A DNA stretch of 64,000 nt, taken from Chloroflexota bacterium. Its GTDB lineage: Bacteria > Chloroflexota > Dehalococcoidia > DSGV01. The stretch is from assembly GCA_021787985.1 (NCBI GenBank), contig JAJYLG010000001.1:50163-114162 (forward strand). Reading direction: 5' to 3'. The notes beneath the pieces are model-generated. The model saw only the letters and a list, made by a program, of their open reading frames with translations. It was not told the DNA's origin and searched no databases. Below, piece after piece: positions 54,837 to 64,000 of the stretch. Every line of letters begins with the position of its first letter. The first letter of the stretch is position 1. The translations under genes were made by a program, and so were the position numbers.

Positions 54837-57355
54837 CTCGGACCGCCCTCCGCCCGGGCACGCGTCCGCAGCTCGTACAGCCGGGTGATCGCCTCCAGCG
54901 GAGTGATCGCGTCGACGTCGAGCTCGCGCAGCTCGCGCACCAGCGGGGAATCCGGCTCGAACAGCCGCATCTGTACCACGGGCTGGCGGCGGCGCGGCCC
55001 ACGTCCCTGCTCCTCCAGCACGCGCAGCACCTCCCGGGCGCGCTCTACCACCGGCCGTGGCAAGCCCGCCAGCTCCGCGACGTGGATACCGTAAGAGCGG
55101 TCAGCCGCGCCGGGGATGACCTGGCGCAGGAAGACGACGGCGCCGTCCTGCTCCGCCACGGCCATCGTCAGATTGGTGACCCGCGGAAGCTCGTCCGCCA
55201 GCCCGGCCAGCTCGTGATAGTGGGTGGCGAAGAGCGTACGCGCGGCGTGGCGCGAATGATTGTGCAGGTACTCCACCACGGCGCGCGCGATGCTGATGCC
55301 GTCGTAGGTGCTGGTCCCGCGTCCCACCTCGTCGAGGACGACCAACGACCGCGGGGTGGCGTCGCGCAGGATGGCGGCCGTCTCCAGCATCTCCACCATG
55401 AAGGTGCTCGCCCCGCCGACGAGGTCGTCCTGCGCGCCCACCCGGGTGAAGATGCGGTCGGCCACGCCGATAAGCGCCTCGGCGGCCGGCACGAAGCTGC
55501 CCGTCTGCGCCATCAGCACGATCAGGGCGCACTGCCGCAGGTAGGTGCTCTTGCCGGCCATATTCGGCCCGGTGACGACGGCGATCTGCGGTCCCTCGAT
55601 GTCGAGCAGACAGTCGTTTGGCACGAACGTTCCCTCGGGCAGCGCGCGTTCGACCAGCGGGTGGCGGCCGGCGACGATCCGCAGCCGGGCCGCATCGTCG
55701 ACCGCGGGTCGCCGGTAGTCGTAGCGCGCGGCGGCCTCGGCGAGGGCGGACAACACGTCGGCGATGGCGACCGACGTCGCCAGGGCGCGCAACCGTTCCT
55801 GCTGCCGCGCCACGCGACCGGCGAGCTCGCGCACGATCGCCTCGGCGAGCTCCTCGGATCGCGCCTGCGCCCCGAGAATCCGCTCCTCGATCTCCTTCAG
55901 CTCGGGCGTGACGTAGCGCTCCGCGTTCACCAGCGTCTGGCGGCGTGTCCAGGTCTCGGGCACGAGCGCCCGATTGGCGTGCGAGACCTCCAGGTAGTAG
56001 CCGAACACGCGGTTGTAGCCCAGCCGCAGCGAACGGATGCCGCTTTCGCTGCGGGCGCGGGCCTCGATCTCGGCCAGCACGGAGCGGGAATCTGCCGCCA
56101 GCCGCCGGACCTCGTCCAGCGCCGCCGAGTGTCCCGGGCGCACCACCTCGACCGCGTCCCCGCCTTTGGGCGGGTCGTCCACCAATGCGGAGTCGAGCGC
56201 GGCCAGCAGGTCGTCGATGGGCGGTGGCGGCTCCCACGCCGGCAGCCGGTCGGCGTGGGACGCCAAGGCCGTGAGGGCGTCCGCGGCCTGGTGGAGCGCG
56301 AGCCGCAGCGTCACGAGCTCGCGCGGCTGGGCGAGGCCGGCCGAGACACGCGTCGCGAGCCGCCCCAAGTCGCCCATGCGGGCCAGTCCCGCTCGCAGGG
56401 CTGAGCGCAGCGACCCATCCGTCGTCAGCGAACCGACGCTGTCGAGACGCCGGTTGATCGCTGGCGGTTCCGCGAGCGGCCGCGTCAGCCACTCGCGCAG
56501 CAGCCGGCCGCCCATCGGGGTCTGCGTCAGGTCCAGCACATCGAACAGGCTCGTCATCCCGCCCCGCGGCGCCCCCGGAGTGGGCAGCACGGCCAGATGG
56601 CGCAGCGCGGTGGCCGAGACGCGGCAGGTGCCGGCCATGCCCAGCGGCCGCGGCGGGCCGAGCGCGTTCGCTACCTGCGGGAGGCTCGCTGCGAGGTAGT
56701 CGCGCAGGGCCGCCAGGGCGCGACCGGCGACCTCGGGCAGCGCCTCGCCCTCCGCATCGCGCGCCTCTGGAAGCGCGCTGAAACGCGCGGCGGCCCAGGA
56801 CGTGATCCGCGTGCCCCGTGGCAGCGCCGGCGGCTCGGCGCCTTGCGCGACGAGCACCTCGGCCGGCTGCAGGCGGGCGATCTCGGCGGCGGCCTGCGCC
56901 TCTCCCAGCGCGCCGGCGAGGCACTCCCCCGTGGACACATCGGCCGCGGCGAGCCCGATGGTGTCCCCGTCGCGAGCGACCGCCAGCAGGAAGTTGTTCG
57001 CCTCGCTCGGCAGCAGGCGCTCCTCGACTAGCGTCCCCGCCGAAACGACACGGGTGACGCGGCGCTCCATCAGCCCGGCGGCGGCGTTCTCATCGACCTG
57101 CTCCACGATGGCGACGCGATGGCCGGCCGCGACCAGTCGCGCCAGGTGGCCCTCGGCGGCGTGGAACGGGATGCCGGCCATGGGCACGCGACCATCGCGC
57201 CCGAAGTTGCGCGTTGTGAGCGTGATCTGGAGGATCTCGGCACACACGCGGGCGTCGTCGTCGAACGTCTCGTAGAAATCGCCGAGGCGGAAGAAGACGA
57301 TGACGTCTGGATACTGGCGCTTGATCGCCAGGTACTGGCGGCGAATGGGTGTCAC
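54833..57355 (-). CDS. mutS: DNA mismatch repair protein MutS
   Basis: Reads MTPIRRQYLAIKRQYPDVIVFFRLGDFYETFDDDA... and has a Walker A GPNMAGKST. Confidence 0.9.
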   Translation of the reverse strand: MTPIRRQYLAIKRQYPDVIVFFRLGDFYETFDDDARVCAEILQITLTTRNFGRDGRVPMAGIPFHAAEGHLARLVAAGHRVAIVEQVDENAAAGLMERRVTRVVSAGTLVEERLLPSEANNFLLAVARDGDTIGLAAADVSTGECLAGALGEAQAAAEIARLQPAEVLVAQGAEPPALPRGTRITSWAAARFSALPEARDAEGEALPEVAGRALAALRDYLAASLPQVANALGPPRPLGMAGTCRVSATALRHLAVLPTPGAPRGGMTSLFDVLDLTQTPMGGRLLREWLTRPLAEPPAINRRLDSVGSLTTDGSLRSALRAGLARMGDLGRLATRVSAGLAQPRELVTLRLALHQAADALTALASHADRLPAWEPPPPIDDLLAALDSALVDDPPKGGDAVEVVRPGHSAALDEVRRLAADSRSVLAEIEARARSESGIRSLRLGYNRVFGYYLEVSHANRALVPETWTRRQTLVNAERYVTPELKEIEERILGAQARSEELAEAIVRELAGRVARQQERLRALATSVAIADVLSALAEAAARYDYRRPAVDDAARLRIVAGRHPLVERALPEGTFVPNDCLLDIEGPQIAVVTGPNMAGKSTYLRQCALIVLMAQTGSFVPAAEALIGVADRIFTRVGAQDDLVGGASTFMVEMLETAAILRDATPRSLVVLDEVGRGTSTYDGISIARAVVEYLHNHSRHAARTLFATHYHELAGLADELPRVTNLTMAVAEQDGAVVFLRQVIPGAADRSYGIHVAELAGLPRPVVERAREVLRVLEEQGRGPRRRQPVVQMRLFEPDSPLVRELRELDVDAITPLEAITRLYELRTRARAEGGPS

Positions 57356-57410
57356 GGGGTGATTATGCCGTGCCGCCCGGTCGGCGCTCGACCCGCGACT
57401 CGCCGCTGGG

Positions 57411-59330
57411 TCAGCGGCCGGCCGCGGCGGCGACCTGGCCGGGCGGGGTGGCCGCGGTGCCCGCCGGCAGAGTCTCGGGGAAGGCCGCCAACTTCCGCAC
57501 CCCCTCGTGGGCCACTTCGTGGCAGACGCCGCAGCGGATGCACGCCGCCTGGTCGATCCGCCAGCCTTGCTCGGACTGGCGGAAGGCGTCGACAGGGCAG
57601 GCCGCGGCGGCGCCCTCCACCTCCCGGTCTCGCGCGTGCGCCGGGCTGACCTCGAAGCGGATCAGGCCGCGGCAGACGCCGGCCTCGCAGCGCTTGCGCT
57701 GGATGTGGTCCAGTAGCTCCTCGCGGAAGTAACGGAGCGCGTTGCGGACGGCCGTGGGCGCGGCCTGGCCGTGGACGCAGTTCGACCAGCGCAGGGTGTC
57801 GGCCAGCAGCGGGATGCGTTCGAGGTCGCTCACACGCCCCTCGCCGGACTGGAAACGGCGCAGGATCTCGACCAGCCGCTGTGTGCCGATCCGGCACGTG
57901 GTGCAGCGCGAGCAGGACTCGTCCTCGGCGAACCATTCGACCCACTGGCACAGATCGACGATGCAGTTCGTGTCGTCGAGGGCGATCAGGCCGCCGGAGC
58001 CCATCAGCACGTCGCGTTCGCGGTACGGCTCCGGCTCGAGCGGGATGCTGATCTCGCTGGCGGGCAGCAGTCCGCCGAGTGGGCCGCCCGACTGCAACCC
58101 TTTGAACTGGTGGCCCGGGAGCGGGCCACCGCCGGCGACGTTCAGCAGCTCGAGCGTGTTGAAGCCGAAGGGGACCTCCACCACGCACACCCGCTGCAAC
58201 CGCCCGGACAGGCTGAACATCTTCGTCCCGGCGTTGCGCTGCGTCCCCTGCTCGCGGTACCAGGCGACGCCGTGCCGCAGGATCAACGGGACGTTGGCGT
58301 AGCTCTCGACGTTGTTGACGTTGGTCGGCTTGTGGAAGAGGCCGGACTGGGCCGGGAACGGCGGGCGGATGCGTGGCATGCCGCGCGAGTCCTGGATGGA
58401 GGAGATGAGCCCCGTCTCCTCGCCACACAGGTAGGAGCCGGCGCCGCGCACGACGACCAGGTCAAGGCTCGTGCCGCTGCCCAGGATGTTCTCGCCCAAC
58501 AGCCCACGCTCGCGCGCCTGCTCGACGGCACGCTCCATGCGATAGACGTCCAGGGGGTACTCGTCGCGGATATAGATGTAGCCGCGGATGGCACCGGTCG
58601 CCCGCGCGGCGATAATCATGCCCTCGATGATGCCGTGCGGGTCGCCCTCCATGAGCGTGCGGTTGACGAACGCGCCGGGGTCGCCCTCGTCGGCGTTGCA
58701 GACCAGGAACTTCGGCTCGCCGCGCGCCGTACGCAGGAAGTCCCACTTGCGACCGGTGGGGAACGCCGCTCCCCCGCGGCCCCACAGGCCGCTGTCGAGC
58801 GTCTCCTGGATGATCTCCTCGGCCTTCATGCCCAGAGCCCGCACCAGGCCCTCGTAGCCACCGGTCGCGAGGTAGTGATCGATGGACTCCGGGTCCTGCA
58901 GGCCGCAGCGCTCCATGAGGCGCCGGACCTGGATCTTCCAGATGTCGAGCGAATCGACCGGCTCGATCTCCGTGGTCGCGCCGGACAGGGCCGCGACGGC
59001 CAGCCGCTCGAGAGGCCGTCCCCCGCGGATGGCCTGCAGCAGGTCAGGCACGTTGGCTGGGCGGACCGGACCGTGGAGGACGGCTGTCCCATCGGGGAAG
59101 ACGACGGTGACGTTCGGCTCCGAGTAACAGAGGCCGAGGCAGGCGGTGCGGACGAGGTCCACGCCAGCGGCCTGTTCGACGATCGCTTCGTTGAGCGCGG
59201 CGTAGGTGTCCAGGGCGCCCGCCGCCTTGCCGCAGGTGGTCAGCCCGACGCGGAGCTGTGGCCGCGGCGGGTTCACCCATGCTGTCCACTGCTCGCGGGC
59301 CGCCGCCTGCAGCTCAGCGAAGCTCGCCAT
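57411..59330 (-). CDS. NuoF-like NADH dehydrogenase flavoprotein subunit with C-terminal 4Fe-4S ferredoxin domains
   Basis: Contains ...GRGGAAFPTGRKW... and ...CNADEGDPGAF... then C-terminal CxxCxxCxxxC clusters. The ATG at 59328-59330 lies 8 nt after a GAGAGGAG RBS. Confidence 0.8.
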   Translation of the reverse strand: MASFAELQAAAREQWTAWVNPPRPQLRVGLTTCGKAAGALDTYAALNEAIVEQAAGVDLVRTACLGLCYSEPNVTVVFPDGTAVLHGPVRPANVPDLLQAIRGGRPLERLAVAALSGATTEIEPVDSLDIWKIQVRRLMERCGLQDPESIDHYLATGGYEGLVRALGMKAEEIIQETLDSGLWGRGGAAFPTGRKWDFLRTARGEPKFLVCNADEGDPGAFVNRTLMEGDPHGIIEGMIIAARATGAIRGYIYIRDEYPLDVYRMERAVEQARERGLLGENILGSGTSLDLVVVRGAGSYLCGEETGLISSIQDSRGMPRIRPPFPAQSGLFHKPTNVNNVESYANVPLILRHGVAWYREQGTQRNAGTKMFSLSGRLQRVCVVEVPFGFNTLELLNVAGGGPLPGHQFKGLQSGGPLGGLLPASEISIPLEPEPYRERDVLMGSGGLIALDDTNCIVDLCQWVEWFAEDESCSRCTTCRIGTQRLVEILRRFQSGEGRVSDLERIPLLADTLRWSNCVHGQAAPTAVRNALRYFREELLDHIQRKRCEAGVCRGLIRFEVSPAHARDREVEGAAAACPVDAFRQSEQGWRIDQAACIRCGVCHEVAHEGVRKLAAFPETLPAGTAATPPGQVAAAAGR

Positions 59331-59829
59331 GACCCCACTCCTCTCGAACCTCGAAGGTGCCATCGCGCAACCCGCGCGCGATGCGCACGGCGTCGGCCAG
59401 CGTCAGCGGTCCGTGCACCCGCCCGTTAATCCAGACCATCGGCGCAGCGCAGCACGAGCCGTCGCACTGCGCCACGTGCAAGCCCACGCGCCCGTCCGGT
59501 GTCGCGCCCTCCATGGGCACGCCGAGTACCGCCTCGAAGATGCGGCGGATCTCGTCGCCGCCGGAGAGGCGGCACGCCGGACCCGAGCACCAGCTCACCT
59601 CCACCTTCGGCGGAGGCGTGGTCGGCAGCTCGCTGTAGAACGAGATGCAGCCGAAGACCGCCGCCGGCGTCAGGCCCAGCTTGCGCGCGACGACCGGGAC
59701 TGACTCGGGCGGGATGTAGCCGTATGCTTCCTTGACCAGGTGGAGCGCCTTGAGGAGGTGGCCGGAGTTCGGCTTTACGTCCCTCAGCAGCGTTTCGAGC
59801 GGCGGGTGGCTCGCGGCCACTTCCGACAT
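59314..59829 (-). CDS. NuoE-like thioredoxin-fold 2Fe-2S subunit
   Basis: Contains ...CISFYSELP... and ...CSGPACRLSGG... and ...CDGSCCAAPMVWING.... A GGAGG RBS lies 7 nt upstream of the ATG at 59827-59829. Confidence 0.8.
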   Translation of the reverse strand: MSEVAASHPPLETLLRDVKPNSGHLLKALHLVKEAYGYIPPESVPVVARKLGLTPAAVFGCISFYSELPTTPPPKVEVSWCSGPACRLSGGDEIRRIFEAVLGVPMEGATPDGRVGLHVAQCDGSCCAAPMVWINGRVHGPLTLADAVRIARGLRDGTFEVREEWGHGELR

Positions 59830-59932
59830 GCCAAACCTCCGTTTGTGCATCCCATCACACTATAGGCGCCGGCTTCCGACACGCTCAACGAGGGCGGGAC
59901 GCCGATGCCGCCAGGCGTGGAGGGACATCCGG

Positions 59933-61240
59933 TCACGGGCCGGCGGTGTCGATCAGCTTCGCGACCTGCTGGCCCATGCGGATGCTGTAGTTCTGCCCGC
60001 GGTCCTCGGGATAGATCTGGGTCGTGTTTGCCAGCCACAGCCCGGGCATCGGCGTGCGATGCGGCGGCACGCTGCGGCTGTAGAAGCGCCCGATCAGCGG
60101 CTGCCCGCCGGGGTCCTTGAACAGCCAGCGTTGCGTCACCCACGATGGCTGGAACGCGGGATTGAGCTTCTTCACGTAGGGAAGGTACGTCTCCCAGATC
60201 GCGTCCTCGTCCATCTGGATGTACGGCGACGAGTCCTCCACGTAGTTCGACAGGTAGACGAGGTGCTGGCCGCCGTAGCGCTCGGGCTCGATGAAGTTGG
60301 TGTGCTCCACGCAGGCGACGAAGGGGATGTCGCGGTCGCCGATGTTGCACCAGTACGTGTTCGTTAGCGGCCGGTCCAGCGCGAGGATGAGGCAGGTCGC
60401 CCACTGATAGCGGACCGAGCGCAGGATGGCGGAATACTCCTCCGGCAGCCCGGGGGCGAGCCGCAGCACGGCACTGTTGGGCACGGTGAGCAGCACGGCG
60501 TCGCCGCGCCGCAGCTCGCCGCCCACGCGCACGCCGACCGCGCGGCCGCCTTCCTGGGCGATGCCTTCGACCGGAGCGCCGCAGGTGATCTTGCCGCCGA
60601 GGTCGCGGATCCGGTCGGCCAGCGCCTCGATGTAGACGGCAAACGAGCCGAGGAGATAGCCGAGCAGCTCCTTCTGACTGACGCCACCCTTGCGGCTGGC
60701 GAAGCGGAGGTGCACCTTGCCCCAGTACCAGGCCATCCCGACCTCGTCGGCGTAGCGGCCGAACTTCCCACGCAGCAGCGGTCCCCACACGACGTCGTAC
60801 GCCTTGCCGCCGGCGTGGCGCCGGATCCACTCGCGCGCCGTGAGCTTCTCGTAGCGCCGCCAGTCGGACTGGTAGCGCAGATACAACCCGGCCAGGCCCA
60901 GCCGCACGCGGTCAGGCAGCGGGAGAGGGGTGAATCGCAGCAGGTCGCCTGGCGTGACGAAGGGATAGATGCGACCGCCGGAGAAGAAGCCGAGCTTGCT
61001 CTCGCGCCACGTCATGCGGCCGCCGAGACCAAGCTCCTCGACCAGCTCCACGATGTCGCGGTCGTTCGTGAACAGGTGGTGGTAGAAGGCCTCGATCCGG
61101 TCACCCGCCGTGGGGAAGGTGATGACCTGGCCGCCGACTTCCGGGCGCGCCTCCCATACTTCCACCTCGTGCCCCATCTGCAGCAGCCGATAGGCCGCCG
61201 ACAGCCCGGCGACGCCCGCGCCCACGATCTGGACTCTCAT
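59933..61240 (-). CDS. FAD-dependent oxidoreductase (amine oxidase / protoporphyrinogen oxidase-like)
   Basis: From ATG 61238-61240 it reads MRVQIVGAGVAGLSAAYRLLQMGHEVEVWEARPEVGGQ.... The ORF-track N-terminal 71 aa are Arg/Ala-rich noise. Confidence 0.7.
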   Translation of the reverse strand: MRVQIVGAGVAGLSAAYRLLQMGHEVEVWEARPEVGGQVITFPTAGDRIEAFYHHLFTNDRDIVELVEELGLGGRMTWRESKLGFFSGGRIYPFVTPGDLLRFTPLPLPDRVRLGLAGLYLRYQSDWRRYEKLTAREWIRRHAGGKAYDVVWGPLLRGKFGRYADEVGMAWYWGKVHLRFASRKGGVSQKELLGYLLGSFAVYIEALADRIRDLGGKITCGAPVEGIAQEGGRAVGVRVGGELRRGDAVLLTVPNSAVLRLAPGLPEEYSAILRSVRYQWATCLILALDRPLTNTYWCNIGDRDIPFVACVEHTNFIEPERYGGQHLVYLSNYVEDSSPYIQMDEDAIWETYLPYVKKLNPAFQPSWVTQRWLFKDPGGQPLIGRFYSRSVPPHRTPMPGLWLANTTQIYPEDRGQNYSIRMGQQVAKLIDTAGP

Positions 61241-61704
61241 CCTCCCACCTGCCCGATCAGCGCCTGGACCGCGGCCTGGGCGGCTGGCACCTCCAGCCGT
61301 TCGGCCGCCTCCGCCGGCGGGAGCCACAGCGTCTCCACGATGTCGTGGTCGGCGGGCCGCGGTGGTCGCAGCGGGGCGCGAGGTGTCGCGAAGAAGAAGA
61401 AGCCGAGCACGTGCCACAGCTCGTCGCTGGCCCACGGAGGCACGAACGGCCACTCGGCCACGTGCACCAGGCCGCCGACGGTCGCCTCGATCCCGGCCTC
61501 CTCGCGCACCTCACGTGCGACGGCGTCGGCCAGCGGCTCGCCGGGCTCCACGCCGCCGCCCGGCAGCACCAGTCGGCCGGTCATGCTCGACCGGCAGACG
61601 AGCAGCCGCTCCTCGCGCAGCAGCAGCGCGTAGGCCGACGGTCGGAAGTGCACACGGCCGGCAAGCGGGGCGACCAGGCGTGGGTGGAATCGGAATGCCG
61701 CCAT
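61237..61704 (-). CDS. NUDIX hydrolase
   Basis: Has the Nudix box GGGVEPGEPLADAVAREVREEAGIE. Four-nt overlap with the downstream gene. Confidence 0.8.
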   Translation of the reverse strand: MAAFRFHPRLVAPLAGRVHFRPSAYALLLREERLLVCRSSMTGRLVLPGGGVEPGEPLADAVAREVREEAGIEATVGGLVHVAEWPFVPPWASDELWHVLGFFFFATPRAPLRPPRPADHDIVETLWLPPAEAAERLEVPAAQAAVQALIGQVGG

Positions 61705-61717
61705 GCAAGGCGCCGGC

Positions 61718-62734
61718 TCAGCGGCCGGCGACCGCCTCCTCGGCGACCGGCTCCTTCTCGCGGCTGCGCTTCCAGAGCGAGCCGAGGGAGAGGTCGGTGG
61801 TCCAGAGGAAGAACAGCCCCAGGACGGTGGCGGGCCCCAGGATCACGAAGTGCGCGGCGAACGAATACGCGGTGGCGCTCGCCGCGCCGACGCCGCCGAA
61901 CGTGATCGCCGTACGCACGAAGAACTCGAACGGCCCGACGCCGCCCTGCGACGACGGGGCCGTGATGGCCAGGTTGCCGGCAGCGACGGCGAGCACGTAG
62001 TACGCGAACCCGAGATGGAAGCCGAACCCGTGGCCCATCAGCGCATACACGACTGCTTCAAGCAGCCAGGCGGTCCCGGAGGTCAGGACGACAGCCGCGA
62101 GGCCCCCTGACCCTCGCAGGGCGCCGAGCCCATCCAGGAACGAGTGCGCCAGCCGCTCTCCCTCGTCGTGGAAGCGATGCGGCAGGAGCCGGACGCCCAA
62201 CGAGGCGAACGTGCGGCTGCGCGTCGGCGACACGATGACGAACAGGAAGACGCAGAGCGCGACGGCGAAGATCGGCAGGGTGACCAGCAGCAGGTCGCGC
62301 AGGACGCCGTTGACGCCTACCACCAGCGCCGCGCCCAACAGCATCGCCAGCAGGGTGAGGCCGTCGAAGAGACGTTCGACGGCGATGGTGCCGAACCCCG
62401 CCATCTTGGAGACGTGGTACTTGTGGCCCAGCACGTAGGCCCGCACCACCTCACCGGCCCGCGCCGGCAGCACATTGTTGGCCATGTAGCCGATCATCAT
62501 CACCGGAAACAGACCGGCCGGGTGGATGTCGCGGATCGAGCGCAACAGGAAGCGCCAGCGCACCGCCCGGATGCCCACCGAGAGCAGGTAGACGGCCACC
62601 GCCGGGATCACCCAGGCGTAGTTCGCCTGCCGCAGCGAGCTCATCACTTCGCGGAAGGGCGTACGCCAGAGCAGCAGCGCGATGAAGAACGCGCTGACTC
62701 CTAGCCCGATCCAGTACCTGCGCGATTTGAGCAA
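61718..62734 (-). CDS. Flippase-like / lysylphosphatidylglycerol-synthase-type transmembrane domain protein (UPF0104 family)
   Basis: Polytopic membrane protein with ...LPARAGEVVRAYVL..., characteristic of this family. Confidence 0.65.
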   Translation of the reverse strand: MLKSRRYWIGLGVSAFFIALLLWRTPFREVMSSLRQANYAWVIPAVAVYLLSVGIRAVRWRFLLRSIRDIHPAGLFPVMMIGYMANNVLPARAGEVVRAYVLGHKYHVSKMAGFGTIAVERLFDGLTLLAMLLGAALVVGVNGVLRDLLLVTLPIFAVALCVFLFVIVSPTRSRTFASLGVRLLPHRFHDEGERLAHSFLDGLGALRGSGGLAAVVLTSGTAWLLEAVVYALMGHGFGFHLGFAYYVLAVAAGNLAITAPSSQGGVGPFEFFVRTAITFGGVGAASATAYSFAAHFVILGPATVLGLFFLWTTDLSLGSLWKRSREKEPVAEEAVAGR

Positions 62735-62761
62735 ATCAGCCTCGTCTCTTCGCTCGGCTGC

Positions 62762-64000
62762 CTAGTGAGGAAGCACGACGGCGCGTGCCCGCGCGGCGCC
62801 TGCCTCGGTCCACCACAGTCGCCCCCGGGCGTCGACCGCAACGCCGAGCGGCGTTTGCAAACCCGCCGCATCGCCCTCGAACTGATGCACCACTGTCTGC
62901 GGCTGGTCGCCTGTCAAGGGGAAACCACGCACCTCACCGGCGGTCGGGACTGTGAAGTAGCACCAGCCGTTGGCGATGGTGAGATACGGCTTGTTCTCCA
63001 CTCCGTGGTCGCTCGCCCATTCCGGGACTGGGACGCTTCCCAGCCACGCGCCCGACGGCGAAAGATGGGCGATGCGCCCGTTCCAAGTATCGGCGACCCA
63101 CAGGCTCCCATCAACGCCGACCGCGATTCCGACTGGCTCGTCGAACTGGCCGGGTCCGGAGCCCTTCGTCCCGAACGCGCCCAAAGGCTTGAGGTCGGCC
63201 GAAAGGTGGAGCACGCGCTCGTTGCCCGTGTCGGTCACCCAGATCGTCCCGTCCGGGGCGACCGCGATGCCGCGCGGGCCGTACAGGTGCGCATAGTCGG
63301 TGGGGGACTTCGCGTACCCGCCCGAGCCGAAGCTGGCCAGGTAGTTACCCGACGCGTCGAGCCTCTCGATGCGATGATTCCACGTGTCGGCCACGTAGAT
63401 GCTGCCGTCCCGCCCCACCGCCACACCCCACGGTTGCTGGAGCTGGCCGGCCAGCGCTCCGGTGCCCGCGCCGATGGTGCGCACCAGCTTGCCGGACGGC
63501 GAGAACTGGTACACGCGGCTGAGGCTGGAGTCGGCGATCAGCAGGTCGCCGTTGAGGGCCGTGGCCATGCCCACCGGGTGCGCGAACGCCGCCCCGGCCC
63601 CGCTGCCGATCTGGATGCCGCCGTCGGGGAAGGTCGTCGGGCCGGACGCCGCGCCGGTCTTCCCTTGCAGCAAGCCCTTCTGGAAGAAGGCGAACGCGTC
63701 CACCGAGCCGAGCGGGTACGGCTCCTTGCGGTCAATCCAGTAGTTCCACCAGCCCTCCCACGTCTTCGTGCTGCCGAGGTGCGCGAGGAACGAGTCGGCG
63801 GTGAGCCCGCGATACGTCTGCTCGGGGAACCACCAGCGATGATGATAGCGTTGGCCGCTGTCGTAGTAGCCGGGCACCTGGTTGACGATGGCCACATTGC
63901 TGGCGTTGACGAGCAAGACTGGCGTGGGCTGGAATCCGGTGACCTGGCCGGATACGTATGACGTCAGGTCCGGGTAGGACACGTTATGGTAGTTACGCAG
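62762..64000 (-). CDS. NHL-repeat beta-propeller protein; N-terminus may lie beyond the window end
   Basis: Repeated ...GVAVGRDGSIYVADTWNHRIERL... and ...GIAVAPDGTIWVTDTGNERVLHL... are NHL repeats. The first in-window start is a GTG at 63982, and the frame stays open to the window edge. Confidence 0.55.
   Translation of the reverse strand: MRNYHNVSYPDLTSYVSGQVTGFQPTPVLLVNASNVAIVNQVPGYYDSGQRYHHRWWFPEQTYRGLTADSFLAHLGSTKTWEGWWNYWIDRKEPYPLGSVDAFAFFQKGLLQGKTGAASGPTTFPDGGIQIGSGAGAAFAHPVGMATALNGDLLIADSSLSRVYQFSPSGKLVRTIGAGTGALAGQLQQPWGVAVGRDGSIYVADTWNHRIERLDASGNYLASFGSGGYAKSPTDYAHLYGPRGIAVAPDGTIWVTDTGNERVLHLSADLKPLGAFGTKGSGPGQFDEPVGIAVGVDGSLWVADTWNGRIAHLSPSGAWLGSVPVPEWASDHGVENKPYLTIANGWCYFTVPTAGEVRGFPLTGDQPQTVVHQFEGDAAGLQTPLGVAVDARGRLWWTEAGAARARAVVLPH

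Overview
This is a roughly 70% GC bacterial chromosomal segment, densely coding and mostly on the minus strand. Several genes look leaderless or translationally coupled (4-nt ATGA/GTGA overlaps). Two things stand out.

1. A large acyl-CoA catabolic set: four paralogous family III (CaiB/BaiF-type) CoA-transferases, four acyl-CoA dehydrogenases, a MaoC-like hydratase, a Liv-type ABC importer with a fused LivH-LivM permease, and a GntR/FadR-type regulator. The regulator's promoter shares an AT-rich 14-mer (ATTATCGAYTATCG) with two other loci.

2. An unusual concentration of apparent selenoproteins, each with an in-frame TGA at a conserved Cys/Sec position and a SECIS-like hairpin 10-14 nt downstream:
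- a DsbA/FrnE-like protein, with UPWC in place of CPWC;
- two paralogous UGSC-motif small proteins, each translationally coupled to a paralogous ~350-aa uncharacterised partner protein;
- an ArsM-like SAM-methyltransferase whose catalytic Cys codon reads TGA.

The two UGSC/partner modules bracket a second Liv-type ABC importer in a ~13-kb co-directional gene string that also contains an amidohydrolase, an NAD-binding oxidoreductase and a Cdc48-like double-AAA+ ATPase. This string is the best candidate for an undescribed functional system.

Other features I could read:
- tRNA-Lys(CTT) and tRNA-Val(GAC);
- a tmRNA (ssrA, tag GEPQLALAA) that the ORF track masks with spurious ORFs;
- thrS, mutL and mutS;
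- a NuoE/NuoF-like pair;
- an S8 peptidase;
- a SARP/AfsR-type giant regulator;
- a Thr/Pro/Cys-rich repetitive surface protein;
- a family of structured intergenic repeats present in inverted copies at two loci, one next to a ~75-nt ArsM gene fragment.

I found no CRISPR array and no clear mobile element. All product calls rest on motif recognition by eye, and coordinates read from the printed sequence may be off by one.
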